From: Candidatus Saccharimonadales bacterium
GTDB taxonomy: Bacteria; Patescibacteriota; Saccharimonadia; Saccharimonadales; JANWIN01
DNA: 64,000 nt
NCBI GenBank assembly: GCA_038231155.1
Contig: JBBRLY010000013.1
Location: forward strand, 132,305 to 196,304
Reading direction: 5' to 3'
Position numbers and translations under genes: made by a program. Under the pieces are notes generated by a model that saw nothing but the letters and a program-made list of their open reading frames with translations, was not told the DNA's origin and ran no database searches. Shown one piece after another: positions 8,526 through 16,849 of this stretch. Each line of letters begins with the position of its first letter. Positions within the stretch are counted from its first letter, which is position 1.

Positions 8526-8789
8526 CATTAATTCATGATTAAGGAAAAATTTCTGTTAGTGCTTCATGAGCGAACTTTAGAGAAGGCAAGTCACAGCCAA
8601 GACATAAATGCTCTTAAACGTTTGGCAGATGCCGCATTTGAAGGTGCACTTCGCCACGGTGACTCCCTAGAAGGAAACAGGCTGGTTGCTATTTTTAATG
8701 CCGTTGAGTGTGAACTCTTGCAAACGCTAGACAACAGGGGTGAAGTATAGTAAGCTAAACTAGTTACGCACTCCATAAGGAGTTTTTTT
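8526..8789 (+). promoter_or_regulatory. Unusually long nusG-rplK spacer; candidate L11-operon leader ending in an RBS-occluding hairpin (alternatively a 71-aa ORF 8535-8750)
   Basis: The 264-nt spacer looks more GC-rich than its flanks. ACTCC-ATAA-GGAGT (8770-8783) pairs the rplK Shine-Dalgarno AAGGAG and is followed by T7 and the ATG. Confidence 0.3.
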
Positions 8790-9215
8790 ATGGCAACAAA
8801 GCAAATTACAGCTAATCTAAAGATGAAAGTCCCCGCTGGTAAAGCCAGTGCTGCGCCACCAGTGGGCAGTACGCTTGGCCAATATGGCGTTAATATGATG
8901 GACTTTATAAATCCATTTAATGAACAAACTAAAGAGCTCAAAGGCATAGTTACAGCGCACATTACGATTTATGACGATCGCTCTATGTTATTTCGAGTTG
9001 TAAGCCAACCAACTGATGATCTTATCCGCCAGAAACTAGGGATCGATAAAGGTTCGGGCAAACCAAACAGCGAGAAGCTAGAAAAGAAGTTAAACAATTC
9101 CCAGCTAACCGAAATAGCTGAGGAAAAAGCCAAGGATATGAACGCCGAAGATATTGAAGCAGTTAAGAAAATGGTGGCTGGAACAGCCCGTAGTATGGGA
9201 GTTGAGATCGAATAA
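8790..9215 (+). CDS. rplK: 50S ribosomal protein L11
   Basis: KMKVPAGKASAAPPVGSTLGQYGVNMMDF is the L11 signature. Strong AAGGAG RBS. Confidence 0.95.
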   Translation: MATKQITANLKMKVPAGKASAAPPVGSTLGQYGVNMMDFINPFNEQTKELKGIVTAHITIYDDRSMLFRVVSQPTDDLIRQKLGIDKGSGKPNSEKLEKKLNNSQLTEIAEEKAKDMNAEDIEAVKKMVAGTARSMGVEIE

Positions 9216-9290
9216 CGATCTTTGAAGAACTAAAGTTAAATAATTTTGTGGGAGGCAGAACAAGCCGTAATTACCACGAATGGAGATGTT

Positions 9291-10280
9291 ATGGCAGAAG
9301 CCAAGAAGGAAGTTAAAAAATCAAAAGTTGTTAGTAAGCAAATTAAAGATAAAAAAGTACCTCAATCAAACAAACCTGAAGTTAGCAAAACTAAGCTAGA
9401 ATCAACAAAAGGTAGTAAGGTTGAGGACACCTCAGATAAAGCCTCAAAAGACCTAGCTAAAGCTGGCAAGCGCAGTGCCAAGGCCGTCAAAGAAGCCGAA
9501 ACTAAGCAAGTTAAAGAAGAAAGAAAGCTTGAAGCTTCAGATGATCAAAAACAGCAGACTGACGAACCGAAGAAAACCCAAAAACCATCTAGTACTCGCT
9601 TGGAGCGTCGCAGTAAAAGTTATAAAAAAGCCTACGAATTTATCGACAAAAATATTAAGTACGAGGTGGAAGATGGGCTAACTTTGGCAATCAAAACTAA
9701 CCCGGTAAAGTTTGATGCCACTGTTGAGCTTCATTTAAACCTAAATGTTGACCCCAAACAAGCTGATCAAAATATCCGAGGCACAGTAGTTTTACCGGCT
9801 GGCACAGGTAAAAGCTCTAAAGTGGCAGTATTTGGTGATGCCGACGAAGTAGCAGCAGCCAAAAAAGCTGGAGCCGACATCGCTGCTGGTGATGAATTTT
9901 TGCAACAGTTGGATAAAGGTCTGCTTAATTTTGATGTTTTGGTGGCTACACCTAGATCTATGCCTCAATTAGGTAAATATGCTAAACTTCTAGGCCCTAA
10001 AGGATTAATGCCAAACCCTAAAAGCGGTACTGTGACCACCGATGTAGCCAAGGCTGTAAAAGAAGCCAAAGCCGGTAAAGTTGAGTTCAGAGTCGATAGT
10101 ACAGGTATTATTCATGTTGGCACCGGCAAAATCAGTTTTGGAAGTGATAAACTAATGCAAAACTTACAACAAATTATATCAGCAGTAAAAAGTGCTAAAC
10201 CGGCCAGCATAAAGGGAGTCTATATAAAGTCCGCTTATCTCACCACTAGTATGGGTCCGAGCATTAAAATCAATATTTGA
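9291..10280 (+). CDS. rplA: 50S ribosomal protein L1 with about 100-aa Lys/Glu-rich N-terminal extension
   Basis: L1 core from about [12 protein letters not shown] to the end ([26 protein letters not shown]). ATG 9291 has a GGAG RBS; the track start 9246 (TTG) has none. Confidence 0.9.
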   Translation: MAEAKKEVKKSKVVSKQIKDKKVPQSNKPEVSKTKLESTKGSKVEDTSDKASKDLAKAGKRSAKAVKEAETKQVKEERKLEASDDQKQQTDEPKKTQKPSSTRLERRSKSYKKAYEFIDKNIKYEVEDGLTLAIKTNPVKFDATVELHLNLNVDPKQADQNIRGTVVLPAGTGKSSKVAVFGDADEVAAAKKAGADIAAGDEFLQQLDKGLLNFDVLVATPRSMPQLGKYAKLLGPKGLMPNPKSGTVTTDVAKAVKEAKAGKVEFRVDSTGIIHVGTGKISFGSDKLMQNLQQIISAVKSAKPASIKGVYIKSAYLTTSMGPSIKINI

Positions 10281-10344
10281 ACGACTTTTGCTTGAAGTTT
10301 AAATGAGAACTGATGTCAAGGCACTAATTTGCTAAACTAACGCT

Positions 10345-11109
10345 ATGTTAATTATTGGTTTAACCGGTCCAATCGGTCACGGCAAAAGTAGCCTTGCAGA
10401 CGCCGCAAAGGAGGTTCTGCCATCTTCTATTTTAATTGAGTCAAGTTTAGTTATCGCCGAAGTAGCTAACGCCTTACACACCACCACCAAGACAATTCCA
10501 GATTCCAAAGATATAGAGGCAATCAATACATGGCTTAAGCCACTACCGCTGATTTTACTTAAAACTGTTCATATAAAGTGCACTTTTGAAGATATTAAGC
10601 TAAAGACCAAAGAAGTCCACAAGCACCCAGGAGATTATAAGAAATTGTTTGTACATTTAAATAATCTGACAAATCAACCAAAAATGTTATCGCAGCTCAT
10701 TACACCAGAAAATAAGCAGGATTATCGGCCAATTTTGCAGTGGTTAGGTGGCTACTTAGTGAAGAAAATCGATTCCGGTATATGGTTTAAAGAAATTATC
10801 AAACGCCTACAGAAAATAAATAAAAAAGGTTATGCATTGTGTTTAATTGCTGGACTACGTTTTCCGACAGACGCTCAGTACGTACGCCAAGTCGGTGGAA
10901 AGGTTATAAAGATCTATAGGCCTGGTGTTGAGCAATTCGACGTCTTAGACCCTACAGAACGAGAGCGAAGCGCTATTACTGTTGATGCCACACTAGTGAG
11001 TAATGGAACGGTAGACGATATAAAAAACTGCGCTAAGATCATGATTAACGACTTAGCTAACAATAACCTTAAGAAAACCTACTACGCCCGAAGTCCAATT
11101 TCAAAATAG
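10345..11109 (+). CDS. P-loop nucleotide kinase-like protein (dNMP-kinase-like)
   Basis: Walker A GLTGPIGHGKSSLA. The later segment LIAGLRFPTDAQYVRQVGGKVIKIYRPG resembles the DxRF..E....GG..I...R block of phage-type dNMP kinases (from memory). Confidence 0.45.
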   Translation: MLIIGLTGPIGHGKSSLADAAKEVLPSSILIESSLVIAEVANALHTTTKTIPDSKDIEAINTWLKPLPLILLKTVHIKCTFEDIKLKTKEVHKHPGDYKKLFVHLNNLTNQPKMLSQLITPENKQDYRPILQWLGGYLVKKIDSGIWFKEIIKRLQKINKKGYALCLIAGLRFPTDAQYVRQVGGKVIKIYRPGVEQFDVLDPTERERSAITVDATLVSNGTVDDIKNCAKIMINDLANNNLKKTYYARSPISK

Positions 11110-11193
11110 TTAGACTAATGTAGTTGTAATATTGCATATAAATATTGTATTAGTGTCAAATTATTTCGTACAATAGTTATTAGAAAGAGGGCC

Positions 11194-11907
11194 ATGGGAG
11201 TTTTTAGTAATATACAAATTAGGCAAGCAATTAAAGACGGTCACATAATTTGTCTACCCTTTGACAATAAAAACGTCGCACACGCTAGCTTGGATGTTAC
11301 CCTTGGTTTTTATTATTACCGTATTGAGCGAATGAATGAACGTAACCTCTATAATCCGTTTGACCGAGAAGATGTTGAACGTTATTTTGATGGTCCATAT
11401 CGGGCTATCTCCCATGGTGAGTGGTGTAATTTAAATGGCATTAAGCCATTAATCGGCATAGCTAAAGATCACCCAGTTATTGCATTAAAGCCGGGAGAAC
11501 GGATTCTGGCTCACACCCACGAATTTTTTGGCATAAAGCCACCGGGAGCTTTTGACTTAAGAGCCAGGTCAAGCTGGGCGCGTAACGGTGTGGCAGTTTG
11601 TTTTGACGCTGGTTGGGTCGATCCGGGATATATTAATAGACTAACTCTTGAGATCTATAATTTAAACCATCGTGAAACAATAGTCTTACCGGTTGGCGAA
11701 CGGATTGCCCAAGCCGTCTTTCATGAAACGGGCGAGGTAGAGGGTAGTTACGGAGAAGGTCGAGACCAAGGCTTCAGCGGAAAGTACCAGTCAGGAAACG
11801 ATTTGAAAATAATAACCAAAGTTTGGTCACCAGACATGATGCTACCCAAAGCCTATCGAGACATACGGTCTATGCCAGTAAAAATTGAAGGTATGGCCTA
11901 TGACTGA
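11194..11907 (+). CDS. dcd: dCTP deaminase family protein
   Basis: ASLDVTLG, RARSSWARNGV, DAGWVDPGY, LTLEIYNL and the C-terminal GKYQ tail match the Dcd/dUTPase-fold family. Confidence 0.8.
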   Translation: MGVFSNIQIRQAIKDGHIICLPFDNKNVAHASLDVTLGFYYYRIERMNERNLYNPFDREDVERYFDGPYRAISHGEWCNLNGIKPLIGIAKDHPVIALKPGERILAHTHEFFGIKPPGAFDLRARSSWARNGVAVCFDAGWVDPGYINRLTLEIYNLNHRETIVLPVGERIAQAVFHETGEVEGSYGEGRDQGFSGKYQSGNDLKIITKVWSPDMMLPKAYRDIRSMPVKIEGMAYD

Positions 11908-14224
11908 ATCGAATCCAGGGAAATACATAGTTATTGAAGGTGCAGAAGGCGCCGGTAAGACAACTCAAGTCTTATTGGTAGCAAAACATTTACAAGCAGC
12001 TGGGCTGCCAGTACGGGTGCTTAGAGAGCCAGATAGTCAGAGTGACTTAACAGCCAGGGCAGTGCGCGCCATAACACAGGATCCATTATATCCAATGAAT
12101 ACCCGAACTGAGGTCCTTTTATATAATGCAGCCCGTTCACAGTCACTTGAAGTAATAAGACGCGCTGTAGCACAGGGTGTGACTTGTCTGGTGGACAGAA
12201 ATTACCTTACAACATTGGCAATACAATATTATGGACGCGGTGACATACCTGACTACGAAGCTATTAATCAAATTATCAACTTTGCTATTGCAAGGACAGA
12301 ACCTGATTTGACTATCATATTAGATGCTCCGGTATCTGTGTTACGCGATCGTGCTAAGTTACGCCGCACCAAAGAACGCTTTGATAGCTTAGATGACGCT
12401 TTTTTAGAGCGTGTGCGAGCTGGTTATTTATGGGAGGCTAAACAGCGCAACTTGCCTGTAATTTTTTCGGTAGAACGTCCAGAAAAAGTCTTTTCACAAG
12501 TTTGGGAGTTAGTTGCCCAAACCGTTACTTCCCGTAGTTCACCAGTAAAATCAATGGCTTCAGCAACATCAATTAAACAAATACTAGAGGAAAAACCAAT
12601 TTCTAGTTCTACTTCGCCAATTGACGACGATAAGCCATTGGTCACTAAAGACCAAGATGGTGTGTTTTCAATTACCGCAGACGGAAAGCATTATCTAGAA
12701 AATATTGTGACAAATACAACCGGTAACGTATATGGTTTTAATGAGAATATTAGTCCCATCACAGTCGCAGCTGCTATGGCCAGGTTATCACGTCGCGGCG
12801 ATGACATGCGTATTACTATTTTGGATGAGTTTTCTCATGCAAAAGGTAAGGACGAGAAGTTATTACAGAAAATTATTACAGCTTACGGGGATGATTCTGT
12901 GCAACAGTTAGTTGGCCAACATGTCGTAGTAGAAGGAGCGTCTAATATTTTGACTAAAAAATTGGAATGGGGGCGTCTGGCAGCTTATCTTGAACAGTCA
13001 ACTAGATATATATATTTTGACCAAAAAGATAAAGTTGGAAATTATAAATACTACACTCCTGGCTATTTAAAAACTGCCGTTAAAAATAAATACGCTCAGA
13101 CTATGGATCAAATTTTTGATCTGTATTCACGTATGGTACGAGACTTAACCCAGTTCGTACGCGGTAACTCAGAAGTGCCAATCAAAGAACGAGATATGGC
13201 TTGGCAAGGCGCTACTCGGGCGCAAGCTTGTGATGCTATTCGTTTTGTACTTCCGGTGGCGACTAAGTCAACTGTCGGTATTTATGGGTCAGGTCAGGCC
13301 TTAGAATCTTTAATTATGCATCTACTAAGCGATGAACTGCCAGAAGCTGTCCAGACCGGTCAAAAACTCCTTAGCGAACTACGTAAAACCATACCTACAT
13401 TTTTAGAAAGAGCCGATAAAGCTGACCGTGGGGGAGCAATGACCGCTTACCGTGCCAATACATACGCTACAGTCAAAAAACTTGCCAAGAAAAACTTGCC
13501 AAACGCTTACGGTCAGCATCAACAACCAGTAATTTTAACTTCGGTGTGGCCCCAAAATGAGCTAGATTTAGTACCCGATATTTTATATGAACATGCAGAT
13601 TTATCTTTAGACGAAATAAAACGTGAGGTTGAAAATTGGTCATATTCCCAAAAAGAAGAAATATTATTAGCATATATGGGCGAACGTTTAAATCGTCGGC
13701 ACCGTCCTGGAAGAGCTTTAGAAAAAGCTCATTATAGTTGGGATTTGCTTTGTGATTATGGGATTTTTCGTGACTTACAGCGACATCGGATGGTAGACGA
13801 TATGGAATGGCAGATGTTAACGCCACGCTATGGATACGATGTGCCACAGCTAGTTGACGATGCCGGTTTAACCGATAGCTTTAATAAGTGCTTTGATCTC
13901 AGTTTAGAGCTATATAGTGCGCTTCAAGCTGCTCATTATGACCTTGAGGCCCAATATGCTACTTTACTTGGCCATAAACTGCGTTGGAAAGTCACATATA
14001 ACGCTCGGGAGGCCTTTCATTTACATGAATTACGAACTAGTCCGCAGGGTCATCCAGGATACCGCAAGTTAGTCCTACAAATGCATGAAAAACTGGCAGA
14101 GGTCCATCCTATATTGGCCGATGGCATGATATTCGTCAATCAGGATGAAAATCCTAAACTAACGCGATTAGCTGCTGAACGTTACACCCAGTTTAAACTT
14201 CAGCAGATTGAGAAAAAGTCCTAG
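11900..14224 (+). CDS. Fusion protein: thymidylate kinase (N) + tandem-domain FAD-dependent thymidylate synthase ThyX (C)
   Basis: The N-terminal ~205 aa carry IVIEGAEGAGKTTQ and LVDRNYLTTLAIQ (Tmk). The C-terminal ~520 aa carry ThyX-like elements (LQRHRM, EAFHLHELRTSPQGHPGYR), with a length like the double-domain ThyX forms. ATG 11900 overlaps the dcd stop by 8 nt. Confidence 0.75.
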   Translation: MTESNPGKYIVIEGAEGAGKTTQVLLVAKHLQAAGLPVRVLREPDSQSDLTARAVRAITQDPLYPMNTRTEVLLYNAARSQSLEVIRRAVAQGVTCLVDRNYLTTLAIQYYGRGDIPDYEAINQIINFAIARTEPDLTIILDAPVSVLRDRAKLRRTKERFDSLDDAFLERVRAGYLWEAKQRNLPVIFSVERPEKVFSQVWELVAQTVTSRSSPVKSMASATSIKQILEEKPISSSTSPIDDDKPLVTKDQDGVFSITADGKHYLENIVTNTTGNVYGFNENISPITVAAAMARLSRRGDDMRITILDEFSHAKGKDEKLLQKIITAYGDDSVQQLVGQHVVVEGASNILTKKLEWGRLAAYLEQSTRYIYFDQKDKVGNYKYYTPGYLKTAVKNKYAQTMDQIFDLYSRMVRDLTQFVRGNSEVPIKERDMAWQGATRAQACDAIRFVLPVATKSTVGIYGSGQALESLIMHLLSDELPEAVQTGQKLLSELRKTIPTFLERADKADRGGAMTAYRANTYATVKKLAKKNLPNAYGQHQQPVILTSVWPQNELDLVPDILYEHADLSLDEIKREVENWSYSQKEEILLAYMGERLNRRHRPGRALEKAHYSWDLLCDYGIFRDLQRHRMVDDMEWQMLTPRYGYDVPQLVDDAGLTDSFNKCFDLSLELYSALQAAHYDLEAQYATLLGHKLRWKVTYNAREAFHLHELRTSPQGHPGYRKLVLQMHEKLAEVHPILADGMIFVNQDENPKLTRLAAERYTQFKLQQIEKKS

Positions 14225-14237
14225 AATATAAGTTTTA

Positions 14238-14612
14238 TTACCATTCAGCAAACATTGACGGATCTTGATCACCTCTTACGGCTTGATAATACACTTCGTA
14301 TACACTGTCTTCTTGAATATGTACCCATCGAAGTAGAGTTATATCGTCTGCAATTTTCATAATGCGAACTGGATAAGTAGAAGACTCTAATTGTGTATCT
14401 GAAAGTTCCAATAACTGCGCAAACTCTAATTCCAATTTCTGTTGGTCTTGATTTGTGTCTATATCGCCACCGTTTAGAATAAAGATAGCGGAAAAATAAG
14501 AATGTTCGCCGGTAATAAATTGTCCTAGTTTACCAACTATGCCTTTTGCTCGTTCTTGCACAGACTGTTGTATTACCTCATTTTTAGAAGGTGATTCATG
14601 CGTAGTAGTCAT
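14238..14612 (-). CDS. Hypothetical acidic protein (124 aa)
   Basis: An intact ORF downstream of, and probably co-oriented in an operon with, 14655-14945. No recognisable motif. Confidence 0.5.
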   Translation of the reverse strand: MTTTHESPSKNEVIQQSVQERAKGIVGKLGQFITGEHSYFSAIFILNGGDIDTNQDQQKLELEFAQLLELSDTQLESSTYPVRIMKIADDITLLRWVHIQEDSVYEVYYQAVRGDQDPSMFAEW

Positions 14613-14654
14613 TTATATTTCTCTTTGACAAACGTTAATCATACACTATTTAAA

Positions 14655-14945
14655 TTAAATCTCAATTCTATCGATATATACTTCATTTTGTAAAACATAT
14701 TCACCGGGGTTTACTAAATCAGCCCGGTCCATAGCCGCTATGGCAATCTCTTCAAGTTTGCCCTTAGTCATGCCACCGTGTTTACTTACAGATGCTAGGC
14801 ATAATGCATAAGTATCTACTGCTAAATTATCAACTGAATGATGTAAGATACCGTCTCTTTCCATTTGTAATCGTTCCGTTGCTAAACGGTTTGTAGACAT
14901 AACAAAATGCTTTTGGTGCCTCAGACCGTTTCTTGGTGTATGCAT
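14655..14945 (-). CDS. Hypothetical protein (96 aa)
   Basis: ATG 14945 is preceded by AAGGA at an appropriate spacing. It is the first gene behind the leader described below. No recognisable motif. Confidence 0.45.
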   Translation of the reverse strand: MHTPRNGLRHQKHFVMSTNRLATERLQMERDGILHHSVDNLAVDTYALCLASVSKHGGMTKGKLEEIAIAAMDRADLVNPGEYVLQNEVYIDRIEI

Positions 14946-14961
14946 AACTTATCCTTTTATT

Positions 14962-14993
14962 AAAAAAACCGGGCCCTATTGGTTGGAGCCCGG
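14962..14993 (-). terminator. Intrinsic terminator inside a 5' leader (attenuator)
   Basis: The minus strand reads CCGGGCTC-CAACCAATA-GGGCCCGG followed by TTTTTTT, ending 16 nt before the ATG at 14945. Confidence 0.6.
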
Positions 14994-15126
14994 CTGATTT
15001 ACTTGATTTATTATTTTTAGGTTCGGCAAACTCCAACTATTTATGTAATTATAAACACTAGACCGAGAGTTCGGCGATAGTGCTTAAAAACAGTAATACA
15101 GTTGAGGTATGTCATCACAACCTGGT

Positions 15127-15155
15127 AATTTACGCTTATCATATTAACTTGTCAA
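15127..15155 (-). promoter_or_regulatory. Sigma70-like promoter for the minus-strand leader
   Basis: The minus strand reads TTGACA, a 17-nt spacer, then TAAATT. Confidence 0.45.
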
Positions 15156-15235
15156 TAGATGAACAGATCACGTAGGTAAGAACCTAGAAGTTATAAGATG
15201 TAAAAGTTTTTACATACAATTAAATAATGTCTCTG

Positions 15236-15264
15236 TTGACGCAAATACAGAAGTAGCCTAGAAT
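15236..15264 (+). promoter_or_regulatory. Sigma70-like promoter of rplJ-rplL
   Basis: TTGACG, a 17-nt spacer, then TAGAAT, about 155 nt upstream of rplJ. Confidence 0.5.
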
Positions 15265-15420
15265 ACTACTAGTTACCAAAGACAGTAGCTTTCGATTAGA
15301 CGAATTAATTTGCTACCGAGGTGAGACAAATATTTTTGCTCGTATAAGTCTTTGATTAATCGAAGACTTTTTTATTACGGTAACTAAATAGGTCGATTAA
15401 CTAAATTAAAGGAGCTGTCC
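15265..15420 (+). promoter_or_regulatory. rplJ 5' leader (candidate L10-leader-type autoregulatory element)
   Basis: Stems CTACT..AGTAG and GTAGC..GCTAC, then hairpin AAGTCTT-N10-AAGACTT plus T-run (15346-15373), upstream of the AAGGAG RBS. The position matches known L10(L12)4-regulated leaders. Confidence 0.4.
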
Positions 15421-15957
15421 GTGGCTTTAACAAAAGATAAGAAACGTGAAGTTGTCCAAGAAGTTAGCGAATTGCTAACAGAATCTAAATTAAGTGTTTT
15501 GGCAACTTACACTGGTACAGACGTTAAGGCAATGCAGACTTTACGTCGTCAAGCCAAGGAGAATGGTACCAAAGTAAAAGTGATCAAAAACCGCCTGGTT
15601 ATAAAAGCGCTTGAAAGTAATGACAAATTTAAAGATATAGATACTGGCATATTGAGGGGCCAGATACTATATGCATTTAACGCTCAGGATGAAATTGCAG
15701 CAGCTCAAAGCCTTGCTAATTTTGCCAAAACCCAACCCAGCTTAGCCTTTGTCGGTGGGATTACAGCTGATGGTATATTGGTGAGTGCTGACGATATCAA
15801 AGCCCTAGCTAACTTACCAAACAAAGAGCAATTAAGAGCTCAGCTTGTTGGCACAATAGCTGCTCCGTTAAGTGGTTTTGTGAGTGTAGTATCCGGCAAT
15901 TTAAGAGGTTTTATAAACATACTAAACGCTAAAGCTGATCAAGTTAAACCAGCTTAA
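15421..15957 (+). CDS. rplJ: 50S ribosomal protein L10
   Basis: GTG start 7 nt after AAGGAG. L10-like N-terminus ([12 protein letters not shown]...[21 protein letters not shown]). Synteny with rplL. Confidence 0.9.
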   Translation: MALTKDKKREVVQEVSELLTESKLSVLATYTGTDVKAMQTLRRQAKENGTKVKVIKNRLVIKALESNDKFKDIDTGILRGQILYAFNAQDEIAAAQSLANFAKTQPSLAFVGGITADGILVSADDIKALANLPNKEQLRAQLVGTIAAPLSGFVSVVSGNLRGFINILNAKADQVKPA

Positions 15958-15983
15958 GTTCATATTTAAAAGGAGAATTAATT

Positions 15984-16460
15984 ATGGCCGAACAAGAAGT
16001 AAAGCAAGAAGATAAGAAAGACGAAAAACCAATCGAAGCTAAAGCTAAGATAGAAAAGAAGTCTGAAAAAGTTGATGTTCCAAAAGAATTTGAAAAATTA
16101 GTTAACGACCTAGATAAAATGTCAGCTTTGGATATCAGCAAATTTGTTAAGTTTCTAGAAGAGTACTGGGGTGTAAGTGCCGCTGCTCCAGCAGTAGCGG
16201 TCGCAGCCGGACCAGCCGGCGGAGACGTTGCTCCTGCAGAAGCAGAAAAAAATGAGTATGATGTTGTTCTTAAGGACCCTGGTGCTCAAAAAGTAGCTGT
16301 CATCAAGGCAGTTAAGGATATTACTAATTTAGGCCTTGGTGAAGCTAAAGCTTTAGTTGATGGTGCACCTAAGACAATTGTTGAAAAAGCTAAGAAAGAT
16401 GATGCTGAAACTGCCAAAAAGACCCTAGAAGATGCCGGTGCTACTGTCGAACTTGCTTAA
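15984..16460 (+). CDS. rplL: 50S ribosomal protein L7/L12 with about 30-aa Lys/Glu-rich N-terminal extension
   Basis: Ala/Pro hinge plus C-terminal domain ([51 protein letters not shown]). Confidence 0.9.
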   Translation: MAEQEVKQEDKKDEKPIEAKAKIEKKSEKVDVPKEFEKLVNDLDKMSALDISKFVKFLEEYWGVSAAAPAVAVAAGPAGGDVAPAEAEKNEYDVVLKDPGAQKVAVIKAVKDITNLGLGEAKALVDGAPKTIVEKAKKDDAETAKKTLEDAGATVELA

Positions 16461-16563
16461 AGCCTAACGGTAATCTACAGATCAATAAATCTTTGCAAGT
16501 CAATTTTAGCTATTTCTTCTGGGAAGGTTTAGTTTTAATTAAGTTTTAAAAGAAAATTGCCTA

Positions 16564-16598
16564 GGCGTGTACCTCGTAATGAGGGAAATGCACACGCC
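16564..16598. terminator. Strong hairpin downstream of rplL (possible bidirectional terminator)
   Basis: GGCGTGT...ACACGCC with inner CCTC/GAGG pairing. A T-rich tract follows on both strands (plus: CAGTACTTTGTTGTTTT; minus: TAGGCAATTTTCTTTT). Confidence 0.4.
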
Positions 16599-16642
16599 CA
16601 GTACTTTGTTGTTTTAGCGCTCCCTTGCGATAGTGGTTATTA

Positions 16643-16750
16643 GTAGATGAGTTCCGGAAGCAAGTCGGCGCCGATGAGACCCTTCTCGATAGTCTCGAGA
16701 GGCACCACGTAATCGTCGTTGCGTCCAGTGGGACGATTGTCGTCATTTTT
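16643..16750 (-). pseudogene. Possible 3' remnant of a foreign, higher-GC gene (about 35 codons)
   Basis: The minus frame reads NDDNRPTGRNDDYVVPLETIEKGLIGADLLPELIY-stop. Roughly three quarters of the codons end in G/C, unlike neighbouring genes. There is no start codon, and upstream the frame runs into the next gene's promoter. Confidence 0.3.
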
Positions 16751-16772
16751 CCACAGTTTTTTACTTGCAGTT

Positions 16773-16801
16773 TTGACTTGATTTGGCAAACATGGTATTT
16801 T
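16773..16801 (+). promoter_or_regulatory. Sigma70-like promoter (extended -10) for the gene at 16850
   Basis: TTGACT, a 17-nt spacer ending in TGG, then TATTTT. Confidence 0.4.
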
Positions 16802-16849
16802 TAGGCTAAGTTTACATAAATAAACATGTTGGAGAGATGACAGGTAAAC

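Noticed and set aside
8640-8665. The GAAGGTGCAC string in the nusG-rplK spacer resembles the 3' end of Bacillus-type SRP RNA.
   Set aside because: It is an isolated 10-nt match. No helix-8 motif, Alu-domain sequence or complementary 5' end could be found.
14830-15115. The 68-aa ORF 14830-15036(-) and a possible 24-codon leader peptide (15115-15041, minus strand) within the leader region.
   Set aside because: The 68-aa ORF runs through the terminator hairpin and overlaps the better-supported 96-aa gene in another frame. The mini-ORF starts only ~5 nt from the predicted transcription start, has no real RBS and no tell-tale codon runs. It is mentioned only as an alternative attenuation mechanism.
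16640-16700. SRP (4.5S) RNA, suggested by TTCC-GGAA-GCAAG resembling the GGAA tetraloop region.
   Set aside because: The bases flanking GGAA cannot form the closing stem. The conserved GGAAGCAGCC and AGG/AGCA symmetric-loop sequence is absent, and no long hairpin pairs the two sides.
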